In this document: one piece after another, positions 27,241 to 40,065 of the stretch
Position numbering within the stretch: the first letter of the stretch is position 1
Layout of the letters: each line of letters opens with the position of its first letter
Assembly (NCBI GenBank): GCA_950097015.1
Contig: CATNEN010000039.1
Span: 1,302,001-1,366,000, forward strand
Reading direction: 5' to 3'
Length of the DNA: 64,000 bases
Source: Macrostomum hystrix
Taxonomy: Eukaryota; Animalia; Platyhelminthes
Translations under genes and position numbers: made by a program
Notes under the pieces: generated by a model
Database searches by the model: none
What the model was told of the DNA's origin: nothing
Seen by the model: the letters and a program-made list of their open reading frames with translations, nothing else

Positions 27241-29054
27241 TCAAGATCCCTGCCAACACCTCTGCTGCTCCAGGCTAGGTCTGTAACACCCTCAGCTGCT
27301 CCAGGCTAGGTCTGTAACACCCTCAGCTGCTCCAGGCTAGGTCTGTGACACCCTCAGCTGCTCCAGGCTAGGTCTGTAACACCCTCAGCTGCTCCAGGCT
27401 AGGTCTGTAACACCCTCAGCTGCTCCAGGCTAGGTCTGTAACACCCTCAGCTGCTCCAGGCTAGGTCTGTAACACCCTCAGCTGCTCCAGGCTAGGTCTG
27501 CAACACCCTCAGCTGCTCCAGGCTAGGTCTGTAACACCCTCAGCTGCTCCAGGCTAGGTCTGTAACACCCTCAGCTGCTCCAGGCTAGGTCTGTAACACC
27601 CTCAGCTGCTCCAGGCTAGGTCTGTAACACCCTCAGCTGCTCCAGGCTAGGTCTGTAACACCCTCAGCTGCTCCAGGCTAGGTCTGTAACACCCTCAGCT
27701 GCTCCAGGCTAGGTCTGCAACACCCTCAGCTGCTCCAGGCTAGGTCTGTAACACCCTCAGCTGCTCCAGGCTAGATCTGTAACACCCTCAGCTGCTCCAG
27801 GCTAGATCTGTAACACCCTCAGCTGCTCCAGACTAGGTCTGTAACACCCTCAGCTGCTCCAGGCTAGGTCTGCAACACCCTCAGCTGCTCCAGGCTAGGT
27901 CTGTAACACCCTCAGCTGCTCCAGGCTAGGTCTGTAACACCCTCAGCTGCTCCAGGCTAGGTCTGCAACAGCCTCTGCTGCTCCAGGCTAGATCTGCAAC
28001 AGCCTCTGCTGTTCCAACCAAGGCTAGATCTGCAACAGCCTCTGCTGTTCCAACCAAGGCTAGATCTGCAACAGCCTCTGTTCCGTGTGTCAATGGCAGG
28101 CGGGAGAGCTGTGCTCACCATGGCGTACTCAATTGTGAGCACCTGACCCAGTGAGGCCTGGCCACCTGAAGAATTTTGCGCCGCAGCCGCCGGTGCCGCG
28201 GCGTCCGCATCCCCAGCTGAACCGGAATTTGCAGCCACGTCCGCGGTGAAAGTCGACGCTGTTGCTGTGAATGTCGACGCGGTGGACTGAGACCCGTCGC
28301 AAACCAGTCGGCGGTTGCGACGTCGCGAAGCGGCTGCAATGGTCCGCCGCATCCGATCGTTGCGAGCGCGCTCCCGAGGATTCGTCGAAGCGACCGCCGC
28401 CTCGACGTCCTGCCAAACTCGTCGGCGGCGGCGACGGCGAGCGTAGCGATCCATCCACAGGTAGATAATCAGCGCCAGGCCCAGGGGCGCCAACGGCAGG
28501 GCGTTCGAACAGATTTTGCCCAGGGTCCGGCCTAGCGAGAAGGCGGGCAGGGAGCCGGCTGGGAAGTCCGCAGCGGCTGGCGTTGTCAGCAGAGTCACTG
28601 GCCAGGTGTTGTGATAAACAGGTGATGATTCTTGTCTAACAGTTAATGATTCTTGCCTAACAGGTGATGATTCTTGTCTAACAGGTGAGGATTCTTGTCT
28701 AACAGGTGATGATTCTTGTCTAACAGTTCATGATTCTTGTGTAACAGGTGATTATTCTTGTCTAACAGTTCATGATTCTTGTCTAACAGTTCATGATTCT
28801 TGTCTAACAGGTGATTATTCTTGTCTAACAGGTGAAGATTCTTGTCTAACAGTTCATGATTCTTGTCTGACAGGTGATGATTCTTGTCTAACAGGTGATG
28901 ATTCTTGTCTAACAGGTGATGATTCTTGTCTAACAGGTGATGATTCTTGTCTGAGATGTAGTTATTCTTGTCTGACAGGTGATATTGCCGGTCTAACAGG
29001 TACTGATAGAGTCAAACAGGTGGACTCACCGGAAGAAGTTGAAATTGCCGCCAT
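27241..29054 (-). CDS. Hypothetical single-pass membrane protein (exons 29054-29030, 28597-28119, probably 27249-27241)
   Basis: In-phase splicing gives MAAISTSS|VTLLTT. A hydrophobic segment ALPLAPLGLALIIYLWM is followed by a poly-Arg stop-transfer signal. Canonical GTGAG donors. The last exon is uncertain. Confidence 0.5.
27258..28080. repeat. Minisatellite, 31-bp unit CAGCTGCTCCAGGCTAGGTCTGTAACACCCT
   Basis: About 25 units filling the predicted intron. Confidence 0.95.
28618..29000. repeat. Intronic minisatellite, 21-bp unit ACAGGTGATGATTCTTGTCTA
   Basis: About 18 units filling intron 28598-29029. Confidence 0.93.
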
Positions 29055-30920
29055 GCCTGATCTCAGAGCCTCCGACAATTCCTCGCGTGCGTTGCCAGGC
29101 AAGCGCTCTGCATTTTATCCAGCCCAGGACAGTCCGACAATCCACTAACCAATGGCTGCTTACCTAAGCAATGCGGCTTCTCACAATCATGCCTCACTAC
29201 TTGCAGTAGGGTAGTGGTTGCGGCGGCGCTTATACAGAATCTACCGGATCTCCTGAATATGAAACAAAAATGTCCTGGGATCCAGGGCAGGGTAAGTGGG
29301 ACTGCCCTGAAGATCGCTTTCCATTGAATTTCCTTCAAAATGAGCAAATATAATGAAAGAAGCAAAGCAAGTAGAAAAACTCCAGGAGGTGTCTGTCAGC
29401 TGCTGGGCTTGAACTCTGCATCCGATGAAGCGATCAGATGGAGTGAAACAGGTGGGCTGAGATGAGCGGAGAGAAGCTTGCAATGGGATAAGTAGGCAGG
29501 GATTAATGTTGAGGCCAGCGAAATGGCATCAAACTATTGAATTGGGGCAGGGATGCCGTCGGGACTGCCTGAATACGCGTTCGGTTTGAGCACTCGTGTC
29601 AGCCGTGATGCGCGCTGCTTTCTTAGAAAATGACGCAGCCCTGCCAACTGGGACAGCCGAGAGCGGTGGGGGGTTGGCGCTGAGGCGGGCGGCAAATGAG
29701 GAAGGCCGCATGCACAGGTACAGCCCCGGCCACTTCCTAATTAAGCAGCAGGTTGCACCTGCCCGCCCTAACCTCCTCGCCCAGCCTAATTACAGGAGCG
29801 GGACTGACAGACTGCTCATACAGCAGCCACCTCCCTGTAATCAGTTCGGTTCTGACTCGGCTAGGCGAGCCGCCGATGATGCAGCTGTCTTGTAATGCGA
29901 GAACGGGACACGAATGCCTCGGGACAAAAAACAGCCCCCTTCAGGCTGCTGCTCTGAAGCAGAGGCGAGGTGCCGGACTCGAATCCGGGGATGGAAGCCG
30001 GCTGGCCTGCCAATGGGGGGTAGCTAACAGCCGCTGCTGATGCGGTCAGCGGTGCTCATAAATGGCCTGCCGCCCACCCCAGCCCCGCCCCCGCCCCCTT
30101 GGCAGCCAGGCGTGACGGTCTAGCAGCCCCAGCTCTTCCATCGCCACATTAGCCACTGCGGGGTCCGCATGGAAACCTTAGCGACGCGTGCCTAAATAGC
30201 TTCCTGGCATGGGCAGCCGCAATCTGATGCCGCCGCGGCGCCTCTCCGCTCGCCGCTTTTGTCTATCGCCTCCTCCTTTGTGCCAGCGGAGAAGTGGAAA
30301 CTGCAGCGGGGGGGGCTGATTTCCTGCCCGAAGCCTCGGACCCTTCCTACTCGCCTTTGTGGCCGCATCCGCGGGACACTGGCTGGCCTGCGAGATGCTG
30401 CGAGCTTGTGGACCTGGCCTCCTCTCCTCCCTGCCCCAGCCAATCACCGAGTCCGGCAGCCAGCTAGACTCGCCTCGCTGCTCCCCACAATGCGCCTTAG
30501 CTATTTGAGCTGCCCACCTGAGACGCAGCTGCGGGCAGGGGAAGTGCTGCTTGCCGCTGGGATCGCGTCAGGATCTCCTCGGGCACAATTTTTCCGCGCT
30601 TGGCGTCCTCCGGGCTGCGGCGGCCTCGTTTGACTATTGGAAAGAGGAGCAACTCCTGCCCTGCTGGCATCCCATTGTGGGACATTTCTGGTGAGGCTGC
30701 TGTTGTTATTGGCTGCACAATAGACTGCATAAACTGGCTGAACCATTTTGAATAGGGGATCAAAGCCCGCTGGGAATTCGTATCGGCGCGCTGCGTGAGC
30801 TGTGTGGGCGGGAGCCAGCAGATTGCAGCCATATAAGAAGTTTCTTGAATTCTCAACTGCTTCCTCTGCTTCCTCCATAGACTGCATTCTCTGCCCGCGA
30901 CAGCGGTCGACCCGCCCGTC

Positions 30921-33900
30921 ATGAGCCTGAGCTGGGACACGCAGGTGCGGCCGAAGCTGACGACCCTGATCAACTCGCACAAGGTGGTGCGCTGCCGCCA
31001 GGGCACATTCACCGCCGCCTGCCTGCACCGCCTGAAGGAGTACCACGAGAAGTCTGCGGAGCACTCGGAGCCGAACGAGTTCCTGCTGCCGCCAACTGAG
31101 ATTCTCCTCCCGGACTTTCTCTGCGAGGTGCGCACCGGCCCGCTCAGCGACCAGCCGCCTCTGGTCCTGGTCCTGGCCGACGGGCTGCTGCTCATGGCGC
31201 GGCACTCTTCGGCGATGACGCCCGGTTCGGCTGCGGCGGCGGCGGCGGCGGTCGCCTCGACCGCCCAGTGCGGCTCGAACGGCGACCTGGCCAAGTGGGT
31301 GAGCCAGGGCATCACCCGGCCCGAGTGGCAGGCCCTGGCGCTCGAGCTCACACCGCACCTGACCCTCTGCCTGCACAGCTGCTCGCTGGACCTTATCAAC
31401 GGCTACTCCATCCTGCTGGCCTCGCCACACCTCACCCTGGAGTTCACGCCGGTCAGCTACAACCCGCAGAGCCTGTTCGAGATGATGGCAGCCTCCAGGG
31501 AGCTGGACATCACCTACCTGTTCCTCAGCCTGCCAGTGGACGCCAAGCCCAACAACCTGGGCCTGCAGTCGCCCAGGCACGTCTCGCAGGCGTCGCTGCT
31601 GTCGCAGGTGCCGCTGTCCTCCAGCCCCTGCTCCACCAAGTTCTTCAAGAAGAAGTTCGACTCGCTATGGGGCTATTTTAACTTTCGGGCTCCGGTGATT
31701 GAGAACTCGAAGATGTTCTACGGGGCCATCACAACGCCTGACCTGGAGGGCAACCTGCAGGTAAGCCGCCAGCGGGTTGGGTTGAGCTCAGGAATTTGAC
31801 CTGCCTAACAGCGGCCGTTTACTCGTGACTGTAGGTGGCGCGGAAGCCGAAGTCCAAACGACAGAAGCTGTGGGGCGTGCTGAAGTGCCAGACGATCTAC
31901 ATGTTCAAGAAGCGCTCCAGCGCCTGCAACGCAGAGTACGAAGTCAACCTGGAGAACTTCAACGAGCTCGAGGTTCTGGACGAGAACTCCAAGGAGGTGC
32001 CGATCACCAAGAAGGAGCCGCAGCCGCACCAGCTGCCCATCGGTGGCCACAATGTCCGCACCCTGGCGCTGCGGTTTTCCAACTCGAAGAAGAGCGTCTA
32101 CCTCACCCCGATGGACCGCTTCGACTTCAAGCGCTGGGAGGAGAGCCTCAACAATATCCTGCACGGAGAGCGCCGCTCCGAGCGCAGCGTCGAGGCTCTC
32201 AACGCGCTGCAGGCGCGGAGAATCTCCGGGCTGAGCAACAGCTTTCACAACTTGTCCTCCACCAACGGCAGCCGGCAGCAATCGCCCAGCTTTGTGCGCA
32301 AGGACGGCAAGCACGGCCTGAGCATTGTGAGCTGCGGGCCACCAATAGTACATTACTGTGCTCATCTATGTTTCTCATTGAGTTATTAGTGGAGGGAGCT
32401 TGTGTTTCTCAGTGACTAGGGCTCATGACTTCTCAACACAACGGAGAAAATTTGTGCCTTTGAGCAAGACACTTTGAGCAACTCCCATAGTGCTTCAGCT
32501 AGTGTGAGGGGGTAGAAATTAGAGTACATGTCCTCCCCAGTTGACGGACTGAACATCTGTACATCATCATTTGGAAGCGCCCTTGAATAGCATTTGCATC
32601 TTGTACATTTGGTCCGACTGGAATTATTGCACAATAATTGTACAAGAGCAGTAGTTTCTTCTTGCACTTTTCTCTTAGCGTACACAGCAAGCTCAAGTTT
32701 GCACAGGACGCACTGCTCAAGCATCCGGATGAGCACAGTGCAGTCAGGATTCTGTCAAAGGCAGCGCCTGTCGCCGCAGTGAGATGGGGGCAATTTCTTC
32801 AGTAAAAGACAATTTGTGAAGCGGAGCAATTTCAGGACTTCACCTGAGCCGTTGCAGGCTGGGATGCCTGTAATTAGGAATAATTGAATCAGGATTGAGG
32901 ATTCTAACAATCCGAGGAGACTCGACTTGACCGGCAGCTGCCGACGAAACTCCCCTCCCCCCGGCTCAGCTTGGCCTTGAATAGAATATGGAGAAAAATG
33001 CCATTACAGGGATTCTGACCAAGCCGGACATAATAGGCGCGAGCAGGGACGAGGGCCCACAAAGGCCGAGGCTTTTGGCGAGTCGCGGAGCAGACTCAGG
33101 CCACGAGCCTTCTCAAGCAGCTCCCGTGGCCTCCTCCTCACCTACCCTTTCCCCTCCACCTCCGTCCCCAGTGTCTCAGGCCAACTCAGCAGGGGATCCC
33201 GTCTCATGGAGACTGAGTTTCATGCTCGCTCACCTTGCAGCTAAATTTAGTCATTCTCTGTTCGATTGGCCCCGATACTGCAGCACTTGCTGACCCCACA
33301 GCCTCACTTGCGAAACTGGAGACTGGGTGCTCAGGTGGGGTGACTGAATGAATATATATGGGTGACTGGGTGAATATATATGGGTGACTGGGTGAATATA
33401 TATGGGTGACTGGGTGAATATATATGGGTGACTGGGTGAATATATGGGTGATTTGGTGAATTGGTGGGTGACTGGTGAAAGACAGTCTGGTGGATCAAAT
33501 TCAATGTGGATTCTCTGGACAGTCAGTTTTCCCCAATCCATAAGAATGCAGTGGGGCAGGTGTGAGTGCAGCAGCTGCTGCTGGGCCAGGTGCTGTTGCA
33601 GGTGAAAATAATTTTAACGTGAAAAAACGTGCTCAAGTGGAGCACGTGGCCCTGGATCCTGTTTCGAGCCGGGAGTGCTCAAATCTGCCAGAATTTCTGG
33701 GCGGCGCCATGAGCAGAAAGGGGCTTAAATCCCTATGGTTCAGCCAATCAATGATGCCGAGCCCCTGTCACCAAGCAGAGTTTTGCTCTTCATTTTCTCC
33801 CGGACGATCGAGCTCCGAGGCTGTTCCGGCATAACCGCAACTGGCTCTGAGGCTGGTGGCGGTCCGCAGGCAAAAGAGCAGAGCGCCAAACCCAGCTCAT

Positions 33901-34827
33901 CCTTTCGCCGCTGAACGGGGGAGCAAAAGTGCAAGCTACTCTCAACACATTTCCTCTCCGCCTCCACCCTCCTAGGAGTTCTCATCCTCAGATGAGCAGA
34001 TGGACTCAGTCGGGTGCTGGCGGCTGAGTGCCGGACTCAGCTCTGAGCTCGGCGGGCGAGAAAGGAGAGAGAGAAAAGGGGATTTTGTTTCCATTTTTCA
34101 GTCATATCCCCGCAGTTTTTTTGCCCTGGCCGCGGCATCTGCCCCCCTCCCCTCCCAGTGTCTCTGCGCCACACAGCCTGCACTGCCTGACTGCCTGCCT
34201 GCCTGACTGCCTGACTGACTGACTGACTGCCTGCCTGCCTGACTGCCTGCCTGACTGACTGACTGACTGACTGACTGACTGACTGACTGCCTGCCTGCCT
34301 GCCTGCCTGCCTGACTGACTGCTGCCTGACTGCCTGACTGACTGACTGCCTGACTGACTGACTGCCTGCACTGCCTGCACTGCCTGACTGACTGACTGCC
34401 TGCCTGCCTGACTGCACTGCCTGACTGACTGACTGCCTGACTGCCTGACTGCCTGACTGACTGACTGCCTGCCTGCCTGACTGCCTGCACTGCCTGACTG
34501 CCTGACTGACTGACTGCCTGACTGACTGACTGCCTGCACTGCCTGCACTGCCTGACTGACTGACTGCCTGCCTGCCTGACTGCACTGCCTGACTGACTGA
34601 CTGCCTGACTGCCTGACTGCCTGACTGACTGACTGCCTGACTGCCTGACTGACTGACTGCCTGACTGACTGACTGCCTGACTGCCTGCACTGCCTGCACT
34701 GCCTGACTGACTGACTGCCTGACTGCCTGCACTGCCTGCACTGCCTGCACTGACTGACTGCCTGCCTGACTGACTGACTGCCTGCCTGACTGACTAACTG
34801 CCTGACTGCCTGCACTGCCTGCACTGT

Positions 34828-34868
<41 letters not shown>

Positions 34869-37800
34869 TGACTGACTGACTAACTGACTGACTGCCTGAC
34901 TGACTGACTGACTGACTGCACTGCCTGCCTACCTGCCTGACTGACTGACTGCCTGACTGCCTGACTGCCTGACTGCCTGACTGCCTGACTGCCTGACTGA
35001 CTGACTGACTGACTGCCTGACTGCCTGCACTGCCTGCACTGCCTGACTGACTGACTGACTGACTGACTGACTGACTGCCTGACTGCCTGCACTGCCTGCA
35101 CTGCCTGAGTGACTGACTGCCTGCCTGACTGACTGACTGCCTGCCTGACTGACTAACTGCCTGACTGCCTGCACTGCCTGCCTGACTGACTGCCTGCCTG
35201 ACTGACTAACTGCCTGACTGCCTGCACTGCCTGCACTGCCTGACTGACTGACTGCCTGCCTGACTGACTGACTGCCTGCACTGCCTGACTGCCTGCCTGA
35301 CTGCCTGCCTGCACTGCCTGCCTGCCTGACTGACTGACTGACTGCCTGACTGACTGACTGACTGACTGACTGCCTGACTGCCTGACTGCCTGACTGACTG
35401 ACTGACTGACTGACTGCCTGACTGCCTGACTGACTGACTGCCTGACTGACTGACTGACTGCCTGACTGCCTGACTGCCTGACTGACTGCCTGACTGACTG
35501 CCTGACTGACAAATCAATCAATCAATCAATCAATTAATCAATCAGTCAATCAAACGACTGAATCACAAAGCCCGTCCATTTGCAGTCCCGCAGCAGTCGT
35601 GAAATGATGGCCTCATGCACAAATCTGGACGAACTTGGCGGCGGAGGTGGCGGCGGAGGTGGCGGAGGAGGCGGCGGAGGAGGAGGCGGCGGCGGGGGCT
35701 TCAGCGGAGGCGCCGGCAGCAGCGGACTGGATGTTATCAGCGGCGGGGGCGGCGGTGGCGGTCACTACAGCGGAGCGGGCCTGAAAGGTACGGGGAATTA
35801 ATGATGCCGCGGGCCCGGGGCAGGTGGGCTGGGTTACCTGACACAATCGGACTCGGCGGGGAGTGTTGCAAAAAACTCAGCGGGATTTCGGGGGCTGCGA
35901 GGAGAAATCTAAAAATAGGTCACGCGAGCGAGTCGTGTTCCGTGCAGTGGCCGCACACCTGCGGTGCTCTCTGCGCTAGCCCCGAGGCATTGCGTGTCGC
36001 ACCGTCAGCCCGGGTACAGTTTAGAGGCTTTTAGCTCTACGGAAAAGTGAACCTAGGCCAGTCTCTGAAGGCGATTTTAATTATTTCCAAGATTTCAACA
36101 TCATCGAGATCTGGAGTAGCCCGGTGACCCGGTGGGAAAACCAGCACTTTGGGATATCTTTGGCCACACCTTGGCTCCCCAACTCAACCAGCCATACTCA
36201 GCAACTGGCGAACCCCAAACAATCGCAGGCGGTTGCTCAAGTTACTCGCCAGGCGAGGAGTCCATCACAATCTACTACCAGGGCTCGCATGCGCCCACCA
36301 TCACCGTCAACTGCATTCCGGACGAAAACATTCAGCCCGACAGCGACGATAACGACGACGTGAGTACAAGGGCATGATCCATGATCCCCGATACATGATC
36401 CACGAGCCATGATCCACGAGCCATGATCCAAGATCTATGATTCTTGATCTTTAAATTACCATGATTTCAGGTTTTTAAAGATTTCAGGTTGCTGTGGGGA
36501 GATTCCAGGTTTTTAGGGGAGATTCCAGGTAGCTTGGGGAGATTTTAGGTTGCTGGGGGAGATTCCAGGTTGCTCGGGGGGAGATTCTAGGTTTTTGGTT
36601 GGCTTAGCAAGACTTGCAGCGCCTGGCCCGCAAGTAATTAGTTGCTGGGGTTTCGCTTGCCAGCTAGGTGATTTCAGCCCGCAACTGGCAGCGCCTGGGT
36701 TAAGTTCATGTGCCGATTTCCAGGCAACTTAGGAATAATTTCCGCAGCAGGACTGACTGACAAATTATCACTTTTCTCAGAGACGATAGCAGCCAGGGTG
36801 TGGGAGATTGGTGACGGTCGCTGGCCAGGAGCCAGGCAGCCCGCCCCAGACTGCAGCAGCTTCCTGCACTTCAAGTGTCTATAATGTGCAAATACAAGGC
36901 CCCGTAGACAAGAGAATGCCAAAATACAAGGCGGAGGCCGAGATGCTGAATTTCAAGCAGCAGCTGCTAGCTGAGTGGAAAATGCTGCTTTTTGTTCCCC
37001 TGCTATGCTTGGGAACGGGTACTGCGGTGAATGTGCTCAAACCAGCGCTTCAGTCCTGAGCAGTTACTTTTTACAATTCAAAGCACTCTCATTGGTTAAG
37101 GGCGCGTTGGGCTTGCCATGTCTGTAAAAAATAAATCTCTGCGACATGTCAATATCCACTCCAGTTCAGTGATTTGTACAGGCCTTGCTACCTGAACTCT
37201 CCGTTCTCTGCAGAATGTGGCCTTGGACGCCTTCGAACTGCTCACGCCAGAGGAGATTGCGGAGCTGAAGAGGCGACGGATTTCCACGCAGATACAGGTG
37301 CTACTCTAATCAGCACAGATTACCAGCAGATAAAATTCTGTCTTGCTTAAACCCCTAACCAGCTCACTCCCTCACTCCACTCACTCACTCCAGCTAACTG
37401 CCCTAACCAGCTCACTCCCTCACTGTACAAGCAGCTGACTGCCCTAACCAGCTCACTCCCTCACTGTACAAGCAGCTAACTGCCCTAACCAGCTCACTCC
37501 ACAAGCAGCTAACTGCCCTAACCAGCTCACTCCCTCACTGTACAAGCAGCTGACTGCCCTAACCAGCTCACTCCCTCACTGTACAAGCAGCTGACTGCCC
37601 TAACCAACTCACTCCCTCACTCCACAAGCAGCTGACTGCCCTAACCAGCTCACTCCCTCACTCCACAAGCAGCTGACTGCCCTAACCAGCTCACTCCCTC
37701 ACTCCACAAGCAGCTAACTGCCCTAACCAGCTCACTCCCTCACTCCACAAGCAGCTAACTGCCCTAACCAGCTCACTCCCTCACTCCACAAGCAGCTAAC

Positions 37801-38303
37801 TGCCCTAACCAGCTCACTCCCTCACTGTACAAGCAGCCAACTGCCCTAACCAGCTCACTCCCTCACTCCGCAAGCAGCTAACTGCCCTAACCAGCTCACT
37901 CCCTCACTCCACAAGCAGCTAACTGCCCTAACCAGCTCACTCCCTCACTGTACAAGCAGCTAACTGCCCTAACCAGCTCACTCCCTCACTCCGCAAGCAG
38001 CTAATGCCTTAACCAGATCACTCCGCAAGCGCTCACTCCGCAAGCAGCTCACTCCCCTAACCAGCTCACTCTGCAAGCAGCTCACTAACTGTCCAGTCTT
38101 GCTTGCAGCTCGAGTGCCTGATCGCGGAGATCAAGAAGCGCCAGATGCACCTGTCGCCGCAGCAGATGCAGACGCTAAACGCTCAGATGTCGGACCTGCG
38201 CGAGGACATCCAGGAGATGAGCGCCGCGATCTCGCGACTGGACAGGGACGCCGAGCGAGCCTCCGCTGCAGGTGGGTCAGCCAGGAAGAAAGGCAGCTTG
38301 TGA
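30921..38303 (+). CDS. PH-domain protein with poly-Gly tract and C-terminal coiled coil (exons 30921-31760, 31835-32327, ~35586-35787, ~36202-36359, ~37214-37297, ~38109-38303)
   Basis: High-GC3 exons splice in phase. PH signature: PDLEGNLQ|VARKPKSKRQKLWGVLKCQTIYMFKK...VYLTPMDRFDFKRWEESL. Heptad-rich last exon. Confidence 0.75.
33337..33477. repeat. Short 22-bp tandem repeat GGGTGACTGGGTGAATATATAT
   Basis: About 5-6 units, intronic. Confidence 0.85.
34176..35555. repeat. Compound microsatellite of CTGA/CTGC/CTGCA units ending in (CAAT)n
   Basis: 1.4 kb of simple repeat running up to the acceptor at ~35585. Confidence 0.95.
37351..38090. repeat. Intronic minisatellite, 41-bp unit CTAACTGCCCTAACCAGCTCACTCCCTCACTCCACAAGCAG
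   Basis: About 17 units filling the last intron of the PH gene. Confidence 0.93.
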
Positions 38304-38755
38304 GTCGCTGCTAATCATCTTACACTAATCGCCTGCTAAGAGCCGGAAATGTGCGATGGCCCCAGAGCCTTCAACAAGACATTGGGGAACTGTCCGGATA
38401 GCAACTGGATTTGCAAGCATCCATCGATCATAGCAACCAAACATCAGTACTTGTCCTAATTTATACATACGAGCCAGACTAACTAACTCGGCTGACTCAC
38501 TCTAGTGACATATCAGCCAGTCAATCAAGTATCTACATGTATACTTACGCTAGTCTTACACGCAATATTACTTTTGTCCAGCTGGATGCATGTTTAGTGA
38601 GAGTAAAAAGTGTGCGCGATCTTACAATTACTACGCGTACTCATATTTCACTTGTCTCCTCAAATAATAGATTGAGCCAGCTTTGTTCTATTACTACTAA
38701 GTAATAGTAGTAATTACTATTATTAAATATTATTATAATTATTACTAAGTAATTA

Positions 38756-40065
38756 CGAGGATTGTGTCATAAATTAGCTGACAAAATTACATAGCGTCTG
38801 TTTCTTTCGTACTTTTGGGCAGAATTTTTTTATACAGACTAAGGCACCATCGATCTTATTGTCTATGGAAAATCTTCCCTGTGGCTTTTGAGACAAGGCA
38901 GAAATCGAGTGGGATTCAAACCACCCTTTTATCCAGTATGGAGAAAATTGAAGCTACCAAGCGCACTGTCATTTGGTCGTTGTGGAAGCAGCAGAAGAAG
39001 CAGGCTGATATTTACCGTGAGCTGCTGCAAATCTTTAGCGAGGATGCACCTTCGAAACAAACTGTCAAAGTGGGTGCAGCGCTTTGAGGACGGCTGGGAA
39101 ACAGTTGATGATGCTCCCCGCCCAGGTGCACCGCGGTCATCCACTTCCAGTGACAACATCAAGCGTGTGCAGCATGCCCTGGACGATGATCGTGGAGCAA
39201 CCCTGAGGCAGTTAGAGGACTTGTTGGAGATACCAATGAAGAGCATTCATCGCATCATCTCCGACCATCTGCATATGACACGAGTTGTTGCACGATGGGT
39301 CCCTAAACTGCTGTCTCCTGTCCAACTGCAAGAGAGGGTCCAGATGTGCCGCCACCTACTCAACGCCTTTCAAAACGAGCCCGACTTTCTTGGCCGCCTG
39401 GTGACTGGTGATGAAACGTGGTTTCACTTCTACGAACCAGAAACGAAACGGCAGAGCAGCGTCTGGAAGGCTACTCACGAACCCCCACCGGTCAAGGCCA
39501 AGGCGGTGCAGTCAGCAGGTAAGCGCATGGCCACCGTGTTCTGGGACAGAGAAGGCATCTTGCTGATCGAGTGGCTACCTGAAGGCAGAACCATCAATGC
39601 CCAGTACTACTGTGAAATATTGGAACGGCTGCGTGAGAAGATCAAGAGTGAGCGCCGGGGAAGGATCACCAGGGGCATTGTGCTGCAGCAGGACAACGCC
39701 AGGCCGCATACCTGCAATGCAACTATGGATGTCATCAGGAGACTAGGGTTCGAGTTGCTGCCCCACCCTGCCTATTCTCCTGACCTGGCCCCCAGTGACT
39801 ACTGGTTGTTCCCTAAAATGAAAGAGCCTAGCTTCGTGGCCATCGCTATGGAAGCCTTTCTGCACTCAGCTCGGCCATCAGCCAGTGGGTACGAGGGACC
39901 CCCACGGAATTCTTCGCCCAGGGCATCAGCAAGCTGCCAGAGAGATGGCACAAATGTGTGCAGCTTGGGGGTGACTATGTTGAGAAGTGCAATGTGGACA
40001 ATTAGCTGTTCTTTGTTTTGTTTCTTTGATCTGCAGTTGTCAGCGAATTTATGACACAACCCTCA
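38756..40065 (+). mobile_element. Full-length mariner (DD34D-type) transposon, 1310 bp
   Basis: 29-bp TIRs CGAGGATTGTGTCATAAATTAGCTGACAA and TTGTCAGCGAATTTATGACACAACCCTCA (3 mismatches), with TA on both sides. Confidence 0.95.
38938..40004 (+). pseudogene. Mariner transposase with two frameshifts
   Basis: MEKIEATKRTVIW...APSKQTV, then a frameshift at ~39068, then KWVQRF, WVPKLL, TGDETW, QQDNARPH and YSPDLAPSDYWLF. A second frameshift at ~39830 leads to LRGHRY...KLPERWHKCVQLGGDYVEK. Confidence 0.9.

Noticed and set aside
23498-28080. CRISPR-like regular repeats
   Set aside because: Units are head-to-tail with no unique spacers, there are no cas genes, and the context is eukaryotic.
29418-29456. 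Hammerhead-like CCGATGAAGC...GTGAAAC
   Set aside because: The core CUGAUGA is mutated and stems I-III cannot be formed convincingly.
32416-32800. Cys-rich minus-strand ORF inside the PH gene intron
   Set aside because: No clear splice or start context and it runs into a SINE-like fragment; probably a decayed TE piece that I cannot classify.
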